Below are positions 14,096 to 26,825 of a stretch of 64,000 nt of DNA, piece by piece. Position numbers and translations under genes: made by a program. Within the stretch, counting starts at the first letter, position 1. Every line of letters starts with the position of its first letter. The notes beneath the pieces were generated by a model. That model was not told where the DNA came from. It searched no databases and saw nothing but the letters and a program-made list of their open reading frames with translations. The DNA is from Eledone cirrhosa (taxonomy: Eukaryota). The stretch lies in assembly GCA_964016885.1 (NCBI GenBank), contig OZ024742.1, forward strand, positions 209,808,001 to 209,872,000. The letters are read 5' to 3'.

Positions 14096-16462
14096 GTTAC
14101 TGGTCCCCAAGAACAAAGACACCCATTTGGCAAAAAACTACCGACCCATTGCATGCCAGAACCTGATGTATAAGATGTATACAGCCTATTCCTCCAAGAT
14201 CACTGTGAAAATAATAACATCATCGCAGATGAACAAGCAGCTGGAAAGAAAGGCGTTTGGGGATGTGCTGAACAACTCCTAATCAACAAAACTGCGATAT
14301 CGGAGGTGCGACAACTTAGGAGGAATATGACTACAGTCTGGCTGGACTACAGGAAAGCTTTCGATTCTGTTCCCCACTCTTGGATGATAGAGGCCCTCCA
14401 GCTTGTTAAAGTCCCAGATATTATTGTCAGAGCCATAGAGAGGCTGTTTTCTTATTGGGCTACTATCCTAAGGTTAAAGACAGAGAGGGAGGATTCTATT
14501 TTCACTGATAAAATAAAATATTGCAGGAGTATATTTCAGGGGGACAGTTTCTCTGTGATATTATTCATCTTGTCATTAAACCCCTGCTCAAGAAGTGTGA
14601 GGGATACATTATTGGCTCACAGGAGGACAGAAATACGATCTTAACCCATAATTTCTTTGTGGACGATCTGAAACTCTATGCCAAGAACATGGATGGGATG
14701 GAGAAAAATCTTGACCTGGTTACAACGTTCTCAAAGGATATAGGAATGGAGTTTGGCCAAGATAAATGCTCATACATGACTGTAAATCGGGGAAAAAACA
14801 ACAACCCAATCTAGAAACATTGTCATCAATGGCCTAATTGTTTCACCGATATCTGATGAGGACTGCTACAGATACCTGGGATAGATGAGAACATATCCTA
14901 TAATGGTATCTGTAATAAAGAACGCGTAACCAGGGAATACTACACCCGATTAAGAAAGATCTGGTCATCGGAACTCTCTGCGCAAAACAAAACAGTGGCT
15001 CACAATGTGTTTGCTGTGCCTGTCCTAACACCAACGTTTGGAATACTCAATTGGACGATAGACGAAATCCGAGCAGTTGATGTTGGAACTCGAAAAACAC
15101 TAAACAACACCGGAAACTTCCACATCAACAATGACATAGACCGCCTTTACTTGAAACGTAAGCAGGGGGGCAGAGGCCTAACATCAGTCCAGACAACATT
15201 TGAATGTCGCATCATATCTCTCCGACAACATCTACGAACATCGAAGCGTAGTAGCTCGTTTCTCAAGCAAGTCTATCTACATGAAACAGATAAGATCATG
15301 AGAGTTGGGAAGGAACTCCTCGAGAGATATTCCCTGTGTGATAATCAAAAGCTCACACCCATGGAAGTCGCTCAGCAGTATTGCAATGAATCCAGGGATG
15401 AAAAACTACATACTTATCAGTAAAAAATCATGCAAGAATATGTTGCCAGGAAGCTCCAGAGTGAGAGTAATATAGATAAGAAAAGTAGTCTATCTTCGAC
15501 CAACAAACGCTATATTGGCTCCCACTTTGAAGGATAAGCTTTTGCAATCCAAGAACAGGAGATTAACACGAAATACCTGATTCACAAAAGAGATAGGGAT
15601 GCAGGCAAAACACCTAGATGTGATAACAAGTGCAGACTCTGCAGAACTAACATCGAGGATATCACCCATGTCATTAGCAGCTGTCCAAAGATGTCATCGC
15701 GGTACTATCTACCTATGAGGCATGATGTAGTGGCCAAAACACTGTACAATGCAGTTCATAAAAAAGATAGCCCCGATAATAAACACATTAAAAGCTACAG
15801 CAATGTGGAAGACATCCATGTACATAATATGAAAGAGTACTGGTGGAATATTCCAGTAAAAACCCCAATAAGATGCAGACATAACAGACCAGATATTATG
15901 ATATGGGACAGAGAGAATAAAGCATGCACAGTAGTGGAAATTAGCTGCCCAGCAGATGCCAATATAATATCAAAGATTAGTGAGTGAAAAGGAGAATATT
16001 TATGCAGAACTGATGAGAAATCTGCAGATACTCCATCCTGATTACACCTTCAGATTTATGCCTGTGATTATTGGGGCACTGGGGTATGTTAGTAACTGCC
16101 TCAATACAAATCTTGAGAAGCTAGGCTTCACAGGAACAGAAAGAACACAACTAGTTAGGAAATTACAAGTACAATCCATTAATGGAACAGTAAAAATATG
16201 TAAAACATTCCAAAAATGTTGCATCTAATAACTGCATATACACATGTACAGATGCAAAGCATATACACATGCACACATACAACTGAAAACATACACATCC
16301 ACACATACAATAACATCCATATCTACACATGCATGCAGACATACATACATATCTACCTAGTTGATGTTGTATAAATTCCAATGAGAGAGTCTTGTGTCTA
16401 TGTTAGAAACCGACTCTCTCTCTCTATTGGTAAAACTTTGTGAAATTTTAAAACCAGAAGAA
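14096..16462 (+). mobile_element. R4/Dong-type LINE fragment C'
   Basis: RT, CCHC knuckle, RHD and intact-looking RLE motif HNRPDIMIWDRENKACTVVEISCPAD. Multiple frameshifts. Ends in (TACA)n at 16463-16545. Confidence 0.9.
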
Positions 16463-17153
16463 CATACATACATACATACATACATACATACATACATACA
16501 TACATACATACATACATACATACATACATACATACATACATACATGTAATTTTGTTCATCTATGCACATATTCGGATTCTTTGTGTTGGTATAATGCGTA
16601 TATAAGTGCTAAATATAATCACACAAAGTTTATTATATGTGTGTGTTTGTATGTGCGTTTGTGGGAGTTATGCTCATCTCTATGTATACAATATAGTTTA
16701 TCAAAAACAAATGATACAAGGAAAATATGAATAACCACAGGTGTCTCATAGTCATATGCTGTGTTTTGTTTACCTGGAACCTACAGTCTATATGCAAATA
16801 TATCCATAAATATGTATACATGCACATGCGTATACATTCAATAGTCATTTTAGTTTGTATATACAAACTAGATTATCAAAGAAAATACTGGTATACAATT
16901 TCATGAACATATGGATAGCCAGAGGCATCGACATTTTGATGATATATACAATCTACACTATATACATGATCCCACCCAATATACAGGCACATACACACCA
17001 TCCACACGCTACACATAGTAGCTATTTCATTTGACGCGAATCAACAAGCATACATGTCTTTTAAAATTTTACCACATACCTAGGAATTTTCCCGCGAGAT
17101 AAAGTATACGTGCATGCAATTTGAATATATATTATATATACATATATGCATTC

Positions 17154-17197
<44 letters not shown>

Positions 17198-18948
17198 ATA
17201 CATATAATATATGTGTGTGTGTGAGCGCACGCGTGTGTGTATGTATGTATGCGTGTATATATATATATACTCACACATTCAATATTCTCTTACAATATTA
17301 TTATTATTGTTATTGTGCCCTCAATATTATAACATCTGACCATGCTAGGTGAAGGAAGTGTATATATATGACTTTATAAAATTGTTACTTATTTAACAAA
17401 GAATAAACAGTAAAATAACTAGCATAAAAATAACTAGCATAAAATAACTAGCATAAACAGTGTAACTAGCTTACAAGAAATCCTCCATTCCTATATACAG
17501 GTGCATTATGAAAGCTTTATAATAAACAAATTCCCATGGCCGCTCATATTGCTAGTTCATACCTTAACTACCTTCCTTACTAGAAGATGAGAAGAAGCTA
17601 ATGAAAACTAATGTCATACATTACTAAAACTACCATCATGCAATGCGTTACTTGCCAGCATCATTCTCGCGTTAAACTCTTTCTTATAATTCTTTCCAGA
17701 CAATTGTAGTTATAACAATGGATTACCTGAATTTAAATATCTCTTTAACTTTTTCTTTATCGACAACTTGAATATGTATGTAGGACGTATTAAGAAAATC
17801 TAAACATACTTCGATCTCATTACCTAATATTCCGCAGTCATTGAAATTAAATTTAGTGGTTCCAATTGTGCGTTTTGCCTGCTAAGAAATCTCACAATGA
17901 ACATGATGATACACTCTCTACAGCCAGGTGAAAACTATCAACATTTTGTACAATATGAGAAGGTCGAGTATGACAGTGTCTCTCTTAAACCCTATTTTAG
18001 TCAGATTAACTCAGAAACTACTCAGGTTATTAGTTACATCAACAGAAATGAAGACATATTGCATTTCCAATGGAAGATTAGAATCCCAGACCCTACTTCT
18101 GTTGTAAAAGTATAAGGATAAAAATGCAGCAGATAAAAAAGCTCGCCAGATACTTCACTCATTGTTAGGATAGCTGATGACTTAATTCATGGAATATAAA
18201 CATAATCCTCAATAGCAAATCTTACTTCACAACAACAAAAGCAAATTGTAAACTAGTTCATTAAGTATATGGGTCCTTGAATCAAATACCACTGGTCACA
18301 CAGGGAGTAAAACACATTAAATATCTGGTGATGTAATTCTGAACGTATTGAATACATGAAGCCTTAATGAGCTAACTAGAAATAGATAAGAATCGAGAAA
18401 GAATATTAATTTTGGACATGTTTCATTCTTATTAGTGGAGCATGGCCTTCAAACTGCGTACAAAAGTAGTAATGAATAAATCACTAAGTAAATATAAAAG
18501 ATTGACATTTGTTGGCGAAAAAGTATACAATTGTTTAAAAATTTAAAAATTAGGGATACCTTAGTATGAAAGACAATACCTAAATTAAATGGAGGTATGC
18601 TATCTAATCGTTGGAAATTTGCCTATGTTCTTATAGAATTGCCCTCAGCGAAGAAAATAAGTGACTGGTAGACTGCAGTTATGTCGTACACACCAAACTT
18701 CTAACAGAATTAATTTTCATGTAAGTTGTGTGTGTATATGTCTCAATGTTGTAGAAAAATCGAAAAGAGAATAAACAGACGAAATACGAAACTAAGATAT
18801 ATTATTATATTTATTAGTCCAAATATGATAATAGTATTTTTGTTTTTTAATAAGACCGCAATATATTCTAAACATGATTTATAGGCAAGATACTAATTTG
18901 GTTTATTTATTATGTTTAAAACGTTACGAACAATGGTAAGTTATTTTA

Positions 18949-19626
18949 CGAGGGGGCTTCAAAAAGTTAGTGGAAAAAGTACATAATTGTTTCTACTTTA
19001 GGCACAAGGCCAGCAATTACCCAGTGCATTACTGGTACTTTATTTTATCGACCCCGTAAGGATGAAAGGCAAAGTCAACCTTGGCGGGATTTGAACTCAG
19101 ATCGTAAAGGGACGTCACTATGCTGGAAAGCATGGCGTCCGACCCTCTACCGTTACTGCCAATCCACCGAAAAAGTACATATGTCCTAACATGAACCCTT
19201 AAATGCATGCTGCAACGCGGCGCCGCCAGTCGGAAGTCAGCATACACTCGAGCAGCATGGTCTCCATCAAAACATCAAATTCATGGTGAAGCTGTGGTGG
19301 AAAAGCAGCCAAATCATTGACGCTCTGGAGCAAGTTTATGGGAACAATGCCTTAAAGACATCCTCAGCGTGCAAATGGATAAAGTCGTTTTAGAAGTGGA
19401 AGAGATGAGGTTGAAGATGATCCCCAGCTGAAGATGTAAAAAAAGGGTGCTATGACATAATTTAAATCGCATGACCCTCAGTTTTATACAGATTGACTTA
19501 AAGGCTGGTATCAATGCTTGCAGAAGTGCATTGACCTAGATAGAGCATATGTTGACAAATAAACATAATAATTTAAACAATTTTTTCCAACTGTCCTTTT
19601 TCCACAAACGTTTTGAAGACCCCTCG
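18949..19626 (+). mobile_element. Internally deleted mariner (irritans/Hsmar2-like)
   Basis: TIRs CGAGGGGGCTTCAAAAAGTTAGTGGAAAA / TTTTCCACAAACGTTTTGAAGACCCCTCG flanked by TA. Transposase remnants NIKFMVKLWWKSSQIIDALEQVYGNNA..KW and C-terminal GWYQCLQKCIDLDRAYVDK*. Confidence 0.85.
18985..19169 (-). mobile_element. tRNA/Nin-Deu SINE nested in the mariner
   Basis: Family match. Target-site duplication gaaaaagtacata on both sides. Confidence 0.85.
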
Positions 19627-20154
19627 TATATGAATCAGTAGATCTTTCCTGTTCATTTCAAGTCAATATATATATTCTTTAGAATTCAAGACATATTTGG
19701 AGTTCAGAATCAGATATCAAATACTTTTTTTATATTTCGATCACTGTTTTTATAAAATTCTAGTGGTGTCTACTTATCTCATTATTCTTTATTCAGATTG
19801 CATTACATCTTACTGCATATAAATATTTTACAATATATCAAAGAATTTTTTCTCAATGTCTTACAAATCCTTATTCAACATTCGGCGGTAACAACTCACT
19901 TAACATCACATTAAATATACAACTATATAATCACTGAAATACTAGCTCATCAATCACATATTCCATGTCATCGTTTCTTTAGTTCAAATAACATTTTTAA
20001 CTCAGCAAGCATATTCAAAAGACTTTTGCTACACACTTCTTTCCTGTCTATTCTTTTATTCCTGACTTGCATTTCATAAAAAAACTTCTTTGCATCTTAT
20101 ATCACGTTTTTCTAAACTCAGTGGTATGTTATCCTCCACCACATCTTCTTTTAT

Positions 20155-20254
20155 CTCTCTCTCTCCCTCATCTCTCTCTCATCTCTCTCGCTCTCGCTCT
20201 CTCGCTCTCGCTCTCTCGCTCTCTCGCTCTCGCTCTCTCTCTCGCTCGCTCTCG

Positions 20255-20338
<84 letters not shown>
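20155..20338. repeat. (CT)n/(CTCG)n microsatellite
   Basis: Direct inspection. Confidence 0.9.
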
Positions 20339-20339
<1 letters not shown>

Positions 20340-21179
20340 ACATACATCGAAATAACTCTTTACGCCACACTCCATTACTTCTATGTAACTAACTATTCAA
20401 TCTACTCGTCAGCCTTCCCATTTAGATACATAATCCTGAAATTTCGAAGAAGAACATGACTTCCCTCGCACAAAGCTTTGTTTCTGAAACTGCAGAGATT
20501 CGTGCAACTTTTATGATTTGGATTTTATCTTCAAAGTTTTGAAACCTTTTCCGTCATGATCGATAAATCGATGTTTAGCATATTGATTCACGATTTCCAC
20601 TTACTGTTCGACATTTGCAATAAAGCGTCATTTTATTCACTGTCTCTAACCTATCTCACTCTCACATGTCCCCCAAATTACTCTACTTATCTGTCTATAT
20701 TCCTGTCTGTCTAGCCCTACTTTCATCTCCATTGAGTTTTTTTTTGTGAGATTTTTTTATTTTAGTCATTCCACTATTCACCGTCTCCTGTACAGTTTTT
20801 CTTTCTCTCTTCCTCTGGTTCTCTCTTTTTACTCTACTACCATACACTTTTTCCTTGTATATTTCACACCCTCACGTTCGTTTTCACGTTTCTTTTATCT
20901 TCGATGTCAACTAAAAGTAAGTAAAGGCATAAATAATACCTTTATGTTAAGCGCGTGAAATGATGTAACCTATCTATTTAGAATTATACTTGTATGTCGA
21001 TTCCTCCCGATCTCTGTGACATTCATTATGCAACTTGTTTCATGTTTAAGTGGAAATTCTATTAAATTATTAGTTCACATATATCAGATCTCGCTGGAAC
21101 AACAGCGGTTTTCTCTTATATATAGTTAAAGAAAGAAGAGTAACATGGTTGGCTGTACAATAAGGGCTTTATTCAAAGT

Positions 21180-21286
21180 GCTGACAATTGTTTCGTTGAT
21201 ATGGTGCGTCTAGAGTTCGCTAATCGCTTGATGCTGCGTCAATCGATCTCCAATACGTTGTTTACAACCAGTCAATACATCAGAGC
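21180..21286 (-). ncRNA. Hammerhead motif (core variant CUGAUGU, long stem II)
   Basis: Minus strand GCT-CTGATGT-ATTGA...TCAAC-GAAA-CAATTG-TC-AGC. Confidence 0.55.
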
Positions 21287-21576
21287 GAGTGGATATGAGA
21301 ATAATACGCAAAATAGAAAGATCCATTTTCTGCAGACATAAGATTGCTACTAGATTTACGAAATTTAAACCACCATGATTCGAACCAGCATTCCCAAAAT
21401 TAAAAGAAAACCACTTAGACTTTAACGTATGAAATCCGCTCTCTCACACAGCTACTTCAGAACCATAAATTTCTGTAAACCTCTTCCAGCCTCCCTCCAT
21501 CAATACCATCAAGATAGTACAGCAGGCACAATGTCTACTACAAACATTTATGAATTATCTTGTCAGCCCATAAATT

Positions 21577-21766
21577 AATTGTTTCTACTATTGGCACAAG
21601 GCCAGAAAATTACCCAGTACATTACTGGTACTTTATTTTATCGACCCCGTAAGGATGAAAGGCAAAGTTAACCTCGGCGGGATTTGAACTCAGAATGGCA
21701 AGGGCCGTAACTCTATGCGTCAAAGCATGGCGTCCGAACCTCTACCGATACTGCCAATCCACCGCC
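21577..21766 (-). mobile_element. tRNA/Nin-Deu SINE
   Basis: Family match. Duplication tgtcagcccataaattaat on both sides. Confidence 0.85.
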
Positions 21767-22597
21767 ATTAATGTCAGCCCATAAATTAATCTCGTCTTTA
21801 CTGTTGTTCATTCTTTCGGACCACACAATTGTATCTACATATCTCATACTAGCACCCATGAACTCTTACAGATGAACTTAATTCTAAGTACATTATCTTA
21901 TTACTTTTATACTCCTTTTTAACTCTTATTTTCTTATTATTATTATTATCATTTCAATGTACCCTATCCTTGATTTTATTCGCCATGTTCTCTATCTATT
22001 TACCATGCATGTTTTATTATTGATGTTATTGTTTTAATTATACACTATTTTGTTATCGATGTTACGAAACTTTGGACCAAACCACCTAAACCTTAACATA
22101 TTGAATCCACAATTTTTACTTAATACCAGCTACCATAGAACCATAAATCTCTATACACTGCCTCCATCAATCTCACTAGGATAATACAACAGGGTAAAAT
22201 ATCTACTACAAGCATTTATCTGTCAAACCATAAATTAATCTGTTTTATTGTTGTTCATTTTTCAGCCCCACAGCTCATTTGTATCTAAATCTCTCATAAT
22301 TGCACTTACAGTAGAGGTCCTAAAATCTGACTCTAAGTACATTTTATTATTTTATTCCTTTATCTACTTTTCCTCATTCTCTTAATATTACTACTACTTT
22401 TAATGTACCCTATCTTAGATTCCGCATGTCACTTCATACATCTGTATCATCTCTGTTTATTTATTATGTGTGTTTTATTATTGATGTTATTGTTTTAATT
22501 ATTCGCTATCTAGCTATTTTGTTACTGATGTTATTGTTTTGGTTTAACACCACTCTTCTATAAAAGCCATGCCTTGCGTACTATTCTCATATCCACT

Positions 22598-22706
22598 TGC
22601 TCTGATGTATTGACTGGTTGTAAACAACGTATTGAAGATCGATTGGCGCAGCATCAAGTGATTAGCGAACTCTAGACGCACCAGATCAACGAAACAATTG
22701 TCATCA
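22598..22706 (+). ncRNA. Hammerhead motif (core variant CUGAUGU)
   Basis: TGCT-CTGATGT-...-GAAA-CAATTG-TC-ATCA. Inverted partner of 21180-21286. Confidence 0.5.
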
Positions 22707-22916
22707 CTTTGAATAAAGCCCTTATTGTACAGCCAACCATGTTACTCTTCTTTATTTAACTATTATTACTCCAAGTATAACCTGCATAGAAATTACGGCG
22801 AACTCGCTGCATCACTATGGCGAGTCAAACTAAGCCGCACATTAAAACCATCCACAACAGGGAGTACTCTAACTGGACTACCTCTAAGTGGATCACCTAT
22901 AACGATAACTTGTTAT

Positions 22917-22967
<51 letters not shown>

Positions 22968-22969
<2 letters not shown>

Positions 22970-23105
22970 GGGAGGGTTCTTGTCGTTTCGCACGTTAGTC
23001 CTTCATCAGAAGAAAGAATGAGAAATAAGATAGATTGAAGGGACGGGCGGGGTGGAATTGGAAAAATTTCTTTAGATAAAAATAACAGGTCCATCCATGT
23101 TGACA
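22968..23105 (-). mobile_element. Short hammerhead-bearing repeat (family shared with 23830 and 41990)
   Basis: Minus strand tctatcttatttctcattctttcttCTGATGAaggactaacgtgcGAAAcgacaaga. Degenerate, adjacent to (TA)n. Confidence 0.6.
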
Positions 23106-23107
23106 TA

Positions 23108-23700
23108 CACTAGCTGAATGATCCGGCGTTGCCCGGGTTACTGCTGTTCTTATTCAGATTAGTAAAAAGTAAATATAAAGATATAATTTTTTCTCCATAA
23201 TTATTTTAAAATTTCTATATTTTATGAAAAAAATAACAAAATTGTAATGATAGTAGAATTTAGAAATGGAGTATCTCGGGGTAAACGATATTCATTGTAT
23301 CATGATATGTGTAATGTGTAGATGTATGTGTGTATTTAATTCTCTGTGTCGCTGATTAAATACTTACGTGAAGATGTGTGTGTATGCAACTTACTAAGGC
23401 CTAACGTACGTAACGAATGTACAACTACACACACACTCACAGACACATACACACTCATATACAAAAATGTGACCTCGTCGTCGTCGTGTTATAAAATGTC
23501 CGTTTATTATAGTTGACTATAGAAAGATTATTTTAGATAAAAAGTTATATTGTTTTAATCCAAATGAAAATAAAAATTACATGTTATTAATCGCGGGGTT
23601 TAATACTATTACCTTGTAAAATTTGATTTGATTTGGTTGAGCCGTTTGAGAATGCATAGGAACAGACAGACAGAGAGACAAAGAATTTTATATATAGAGA
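23108..23700 (+). mobile_element. Helentron/HINE (DINE-1-like) non-autonomous element
   Basis: 5' ACTAGCTG..CCGGCGTTGCCCGGG and 3' aaatttgatttgatttggttgagccgttt...acagacagacag...ttttatatatag. An inverted 5'-end fragment lies at 23770-23808. Confidence 0.55.
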
Positions 23701-23829
23701 GAGAGATATTTTGAAATAAAAATGAGAAAAAATATATATCTTCTTATTTATTGCTTACTAATCTGTATTAGAACAGCAGTAACGCAGGCAACGCCGGATT
23801 ATTCAGCTTCTTTATATATGCATATATGT

Positions 23830-23974
23830 CCCCTCTGTCTATCTTATTTCTCATTCTTCTGGTGAAGGACTAGCGTCCGAAACGTTAAGACCCTCTTCCT
23901 GGTATATCAAGCGTTAACATAATATATCCCTTCCATATAATGTACGGATTGTGTTGTTATTTCTTTTTACCTTT

Positions 23975-23978
<4 letters not shown>
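23830..23978 (+). mobile_element. Short hammerhead-bearing repeat, ribozyme at 23855-23890
   Basis: TCTT-CTGGTGA-A-GGAC-tagc-GTCC-GAAA-CG-TT-AAGA (36-nt minimal motif with A6G substitution). Tail ends in (TA)n. Confidence 0.65.
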
Positions 23979-24029
<51 letters not shown>

Positions 24030-24030
<1 letters not shown>

Positions 24031-25047
24031 AATTAATAAAAACAATGAATAAAAACAAAGAAGCAGTTCCTTATATTAAAAAATTCATCATTTTACGATC
24101 GTTTCTATGATATATATGTGTGTGTTGGTATGTATATCATATAGATCTATGTAAAAATTTTACAAACTATCAGAGAGAATATACATACCTATATGCTGTC
24201 TTCAGAAATAATGATATTTGTTTATTGAAAAACACCAACAAAGATTTAATATAATAAGTCTGTTTGGGAACAGGTTTTAAATTGACCAATAGAAGAGTAG
24301 TAAGTGGTCAAGTTGATAGAATAGTAGTAGTAGAAATTTAATTTAGGGGTAGAGGAATGCAGACTTCAGTTTTGAATGGAAATAATACTTTGAATGAAAA
24401 GATTACTTTGGGGATGAAAAGAGGTCAAGCAGGTGAAAGGTACACGAAAATTTGATGTTATTAAAGAATAATGCTAATGTTAAAATCGAAGGAGAATAAC
24501 ATTTTAGGATAAATGTGTTAGTGAGAAATACCAATCTTATTAAAAACATAAGGAATTTAGATCTATAAAAAGAAATTAAATTAATTTAATTGATAGGTAT
24601 ACTTATAGGGATAAATTTATATTAATTCATATAGATGTGATAAATAAGAGTTAGATGTTATTAAAGAATGTTGTTAAAAACAAAGGAAAACAAATTGGGG
24701 GGGGGGGGGTAAATGTATTAGTGAGAAATAACAAACTTATATAGACTACAAGGAATTTAGATTCATAACAGGAAATTAAAATAGTTTATATGTATACTTA
24801 TAGGTATTAATTTTAGGAAAAGATAGCTGTAAAACGGAAATAAAATTATGAAGTTCTCAGTAGTAAAATACTAATTATAGGTTAACTAAATTTTAAAAAA
24901 ATAATTATAATAATTTGTAAAATAAAAGTGTATATTAATTAGGTTTATAATATTTGAAAGTTCTTCTAATTCTATGATTGCACGATATAATTAATTCTTG
25001 TCGCTTATTTAATAGGATATCCTTAGATTTCATTATTTCAAAAAGTT
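24030..25047 (-). mobile_element. 3' fragment of a Naiad-like Penelope element with hammerhead at 24090-24209
   Basis: Minus-strand KLFEIMKSKDILLNKRQELIISCNHRIRRTF (EN C-terminus), then 3' UTR with ATTT-CTGAAGA-...-GAAA-CGATCG-TA-AAAT. Ends at (TA)n. Confidence 0.7.
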
Positions 25048-25060
25048 TATATATATATAT

Positions 25061-25717
25061 ATATAAGTATGTATACGTACATACATATATGTGTACAGAC
25101 GTACAGTAGTATGTATATATATACATGCACACATATATGTATGTACGTATGGGTTTACCGAACATTTATTATAATGTTCGGTTTGTTTGTAAACAAACAG
25201 CCCGAATTACACCGTACAGTGCTCGGCAACCATCGTCGCCCTTTGGTTTAACACTGACACAGGAACGATGTACTAGTTTCAAGCTTATTAGCTATCGTCA
25301 GCATCGTATACCTTTCTGTCAGATGATTGAACGTTTGAAAGTATATACTTTCCTTATGCATATTAACGGCTGAGCAGCCTAATTTGCATATCGAGTGAGT
25401 CGGCCGGGCGTACCGAGAACGATAAATGGAAAAGAATGAAACGAAATTTCATTTCTCACTCTTAGTACGGCTGATACCTAAATATAAGTATGTATACGTA
25501 CATACATATATGTGTACAGACGTACAGTAGTATGTATATATATATATATATATATGTACGTATGGGTGTACCGAACATTTATTATAATGTTCGGTTTATT
25601 TGTAAACAAACAGCCCGAATTACGCCGTACAGTGCTCGGCAACCATCGTCGCCCTTTTGTTCAACACTGACACAGGAACGATGTACTAGTTTCAAGCTTA
25701 TTAGCTATCGTCAGCAT
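25061..25717 (-). repeat. Retrozyme-like tandem repeat, about 421-bp unit x1.6, one hammerhead per unit
   Basis: Unit starts at 25061 and 25482. Minus-strand ACGATG-CTGACGA-TAGCT-aata-AGCTT-GAAA-CTAG-TA-CATCGT at 25265-25307, with a second copy (truncated stem I) at 25678-25717. Confidence 0.8.
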
Positions 25718-25718
25718 T

Positions 25719-25965
25719 ATAGCAGTAGTATCTCCTCTTCCCCCTCTCTCACTGAAACGTTTTCTCTTTCCTCCTCCATTGTAAAGATGTCCCCAGGTGT
25801 TCCATTATTGATTTTTATTGAAATCCAATTAGCCAGTCCTGTTTCTGAATATTAGCTTAACATGTGTGTAAAATTTCACCAGGATTGGATGACTGGTGTA
25901 GGCGCCAACTGGTTATACACAGATACACAGATACACAGACGGACAGAAATTGGCATTTATATATA
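25719..25965 (+). mobile_element. HINE/Helentron-like 3' fragment
   Basis: Homologous to 56465-56695 in reverse. Ends aaatttcaccaggattggatg...acagacggacagaaattggcatttatata. Confidence 0.6.
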
Positions 25966-26825
25966 TATATATACATGTATTAAGACTAGCCGAGCTCATT
26001 GATGTTATCCAATCATCTTGCTCGGGGGTCTACCCCTGGGTCTCATGCCGGTTAGTTCTGCCCGTAAAATCTGCTCTGAGAGTCTTTCCTGAGACATTCT
26101 AACCACGTGTCCGTAATATCGGAGCTGCAATTAGTGTTTTTTATTGGATTTTTCTTTTTTTTACAATCATTTTCTTTAATAACTACCATCAACCAATAAT
26201 TGTTCGTAGTTTATTAATAGGGTTATGTATCTGTTTTAATTTTTGGTTTGTATTGTGCAGTGAATATAACTTCCATTTATAATCTTCTACTTTTATATTT
26301 ATATTTTGCTGAATTCTATATAGTACTGTGTTTATATCAAGTTTTCTGTTTGAATTTGCAGTGATATCCTGTTGTAAATGCGTTTTAAATGCGTGTTAAG
26401 AAAAACATGTACTTGTCAGTCCGGTGGAATGTTTTCATGACCGATTATTTTATAATAGGAATACAATGTACTGGTATTAACTATAAACTGCATTTTCTCT
26501 CTCTGTCTCCCTTTTTCTTTCTCTTTTCATCTTTCTCTTTCTCTTCTCACACAAAATGGAAGTTGAAAATATTTATATTAACAGTTTAACTCAACTACAC
26601 ATAACCAGTGGTTTCAAGTCGAAATACGTGTAAATCGCCAGATTCATTTTTCACTCTCCTCACGAGAAACAGTTTTAAAGGATCAAGTGGAAGGAAAGTA
26701 AGCGGATAAAAGATAGGCTGACCAAACGATCGGCAGTTCATTTCCTGTGGCTAACCGAATTTACTTAGCTGAAAACAAAATCATTATATGTAGCTCGCGA
26801 TTTCACTCTGAGTCACTGATACAAC

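Larger units (their letters stand above)
21123..22919 (+). mobile_element. Non-coding Penelope-type element with inverted 5' pLTR copy and hammerheads
   Basis: About 21123-21303 is the inverted copy of about 22582-22762. Each copy carries a hammerhead motif followed by AATAAA. A diverged internal direct repeat lies at about 21400-22050 vs 22080-22540. Both ends meet TA runs. Confidence 0.7.

Noticed and set aside
23108-23808. Single DNA transposon with 40-bp TIRs
   Set aside because: The left element already has a HINE-like 3' end at about 23700. The right match is better read as a separate inverted 5'-end fragment.
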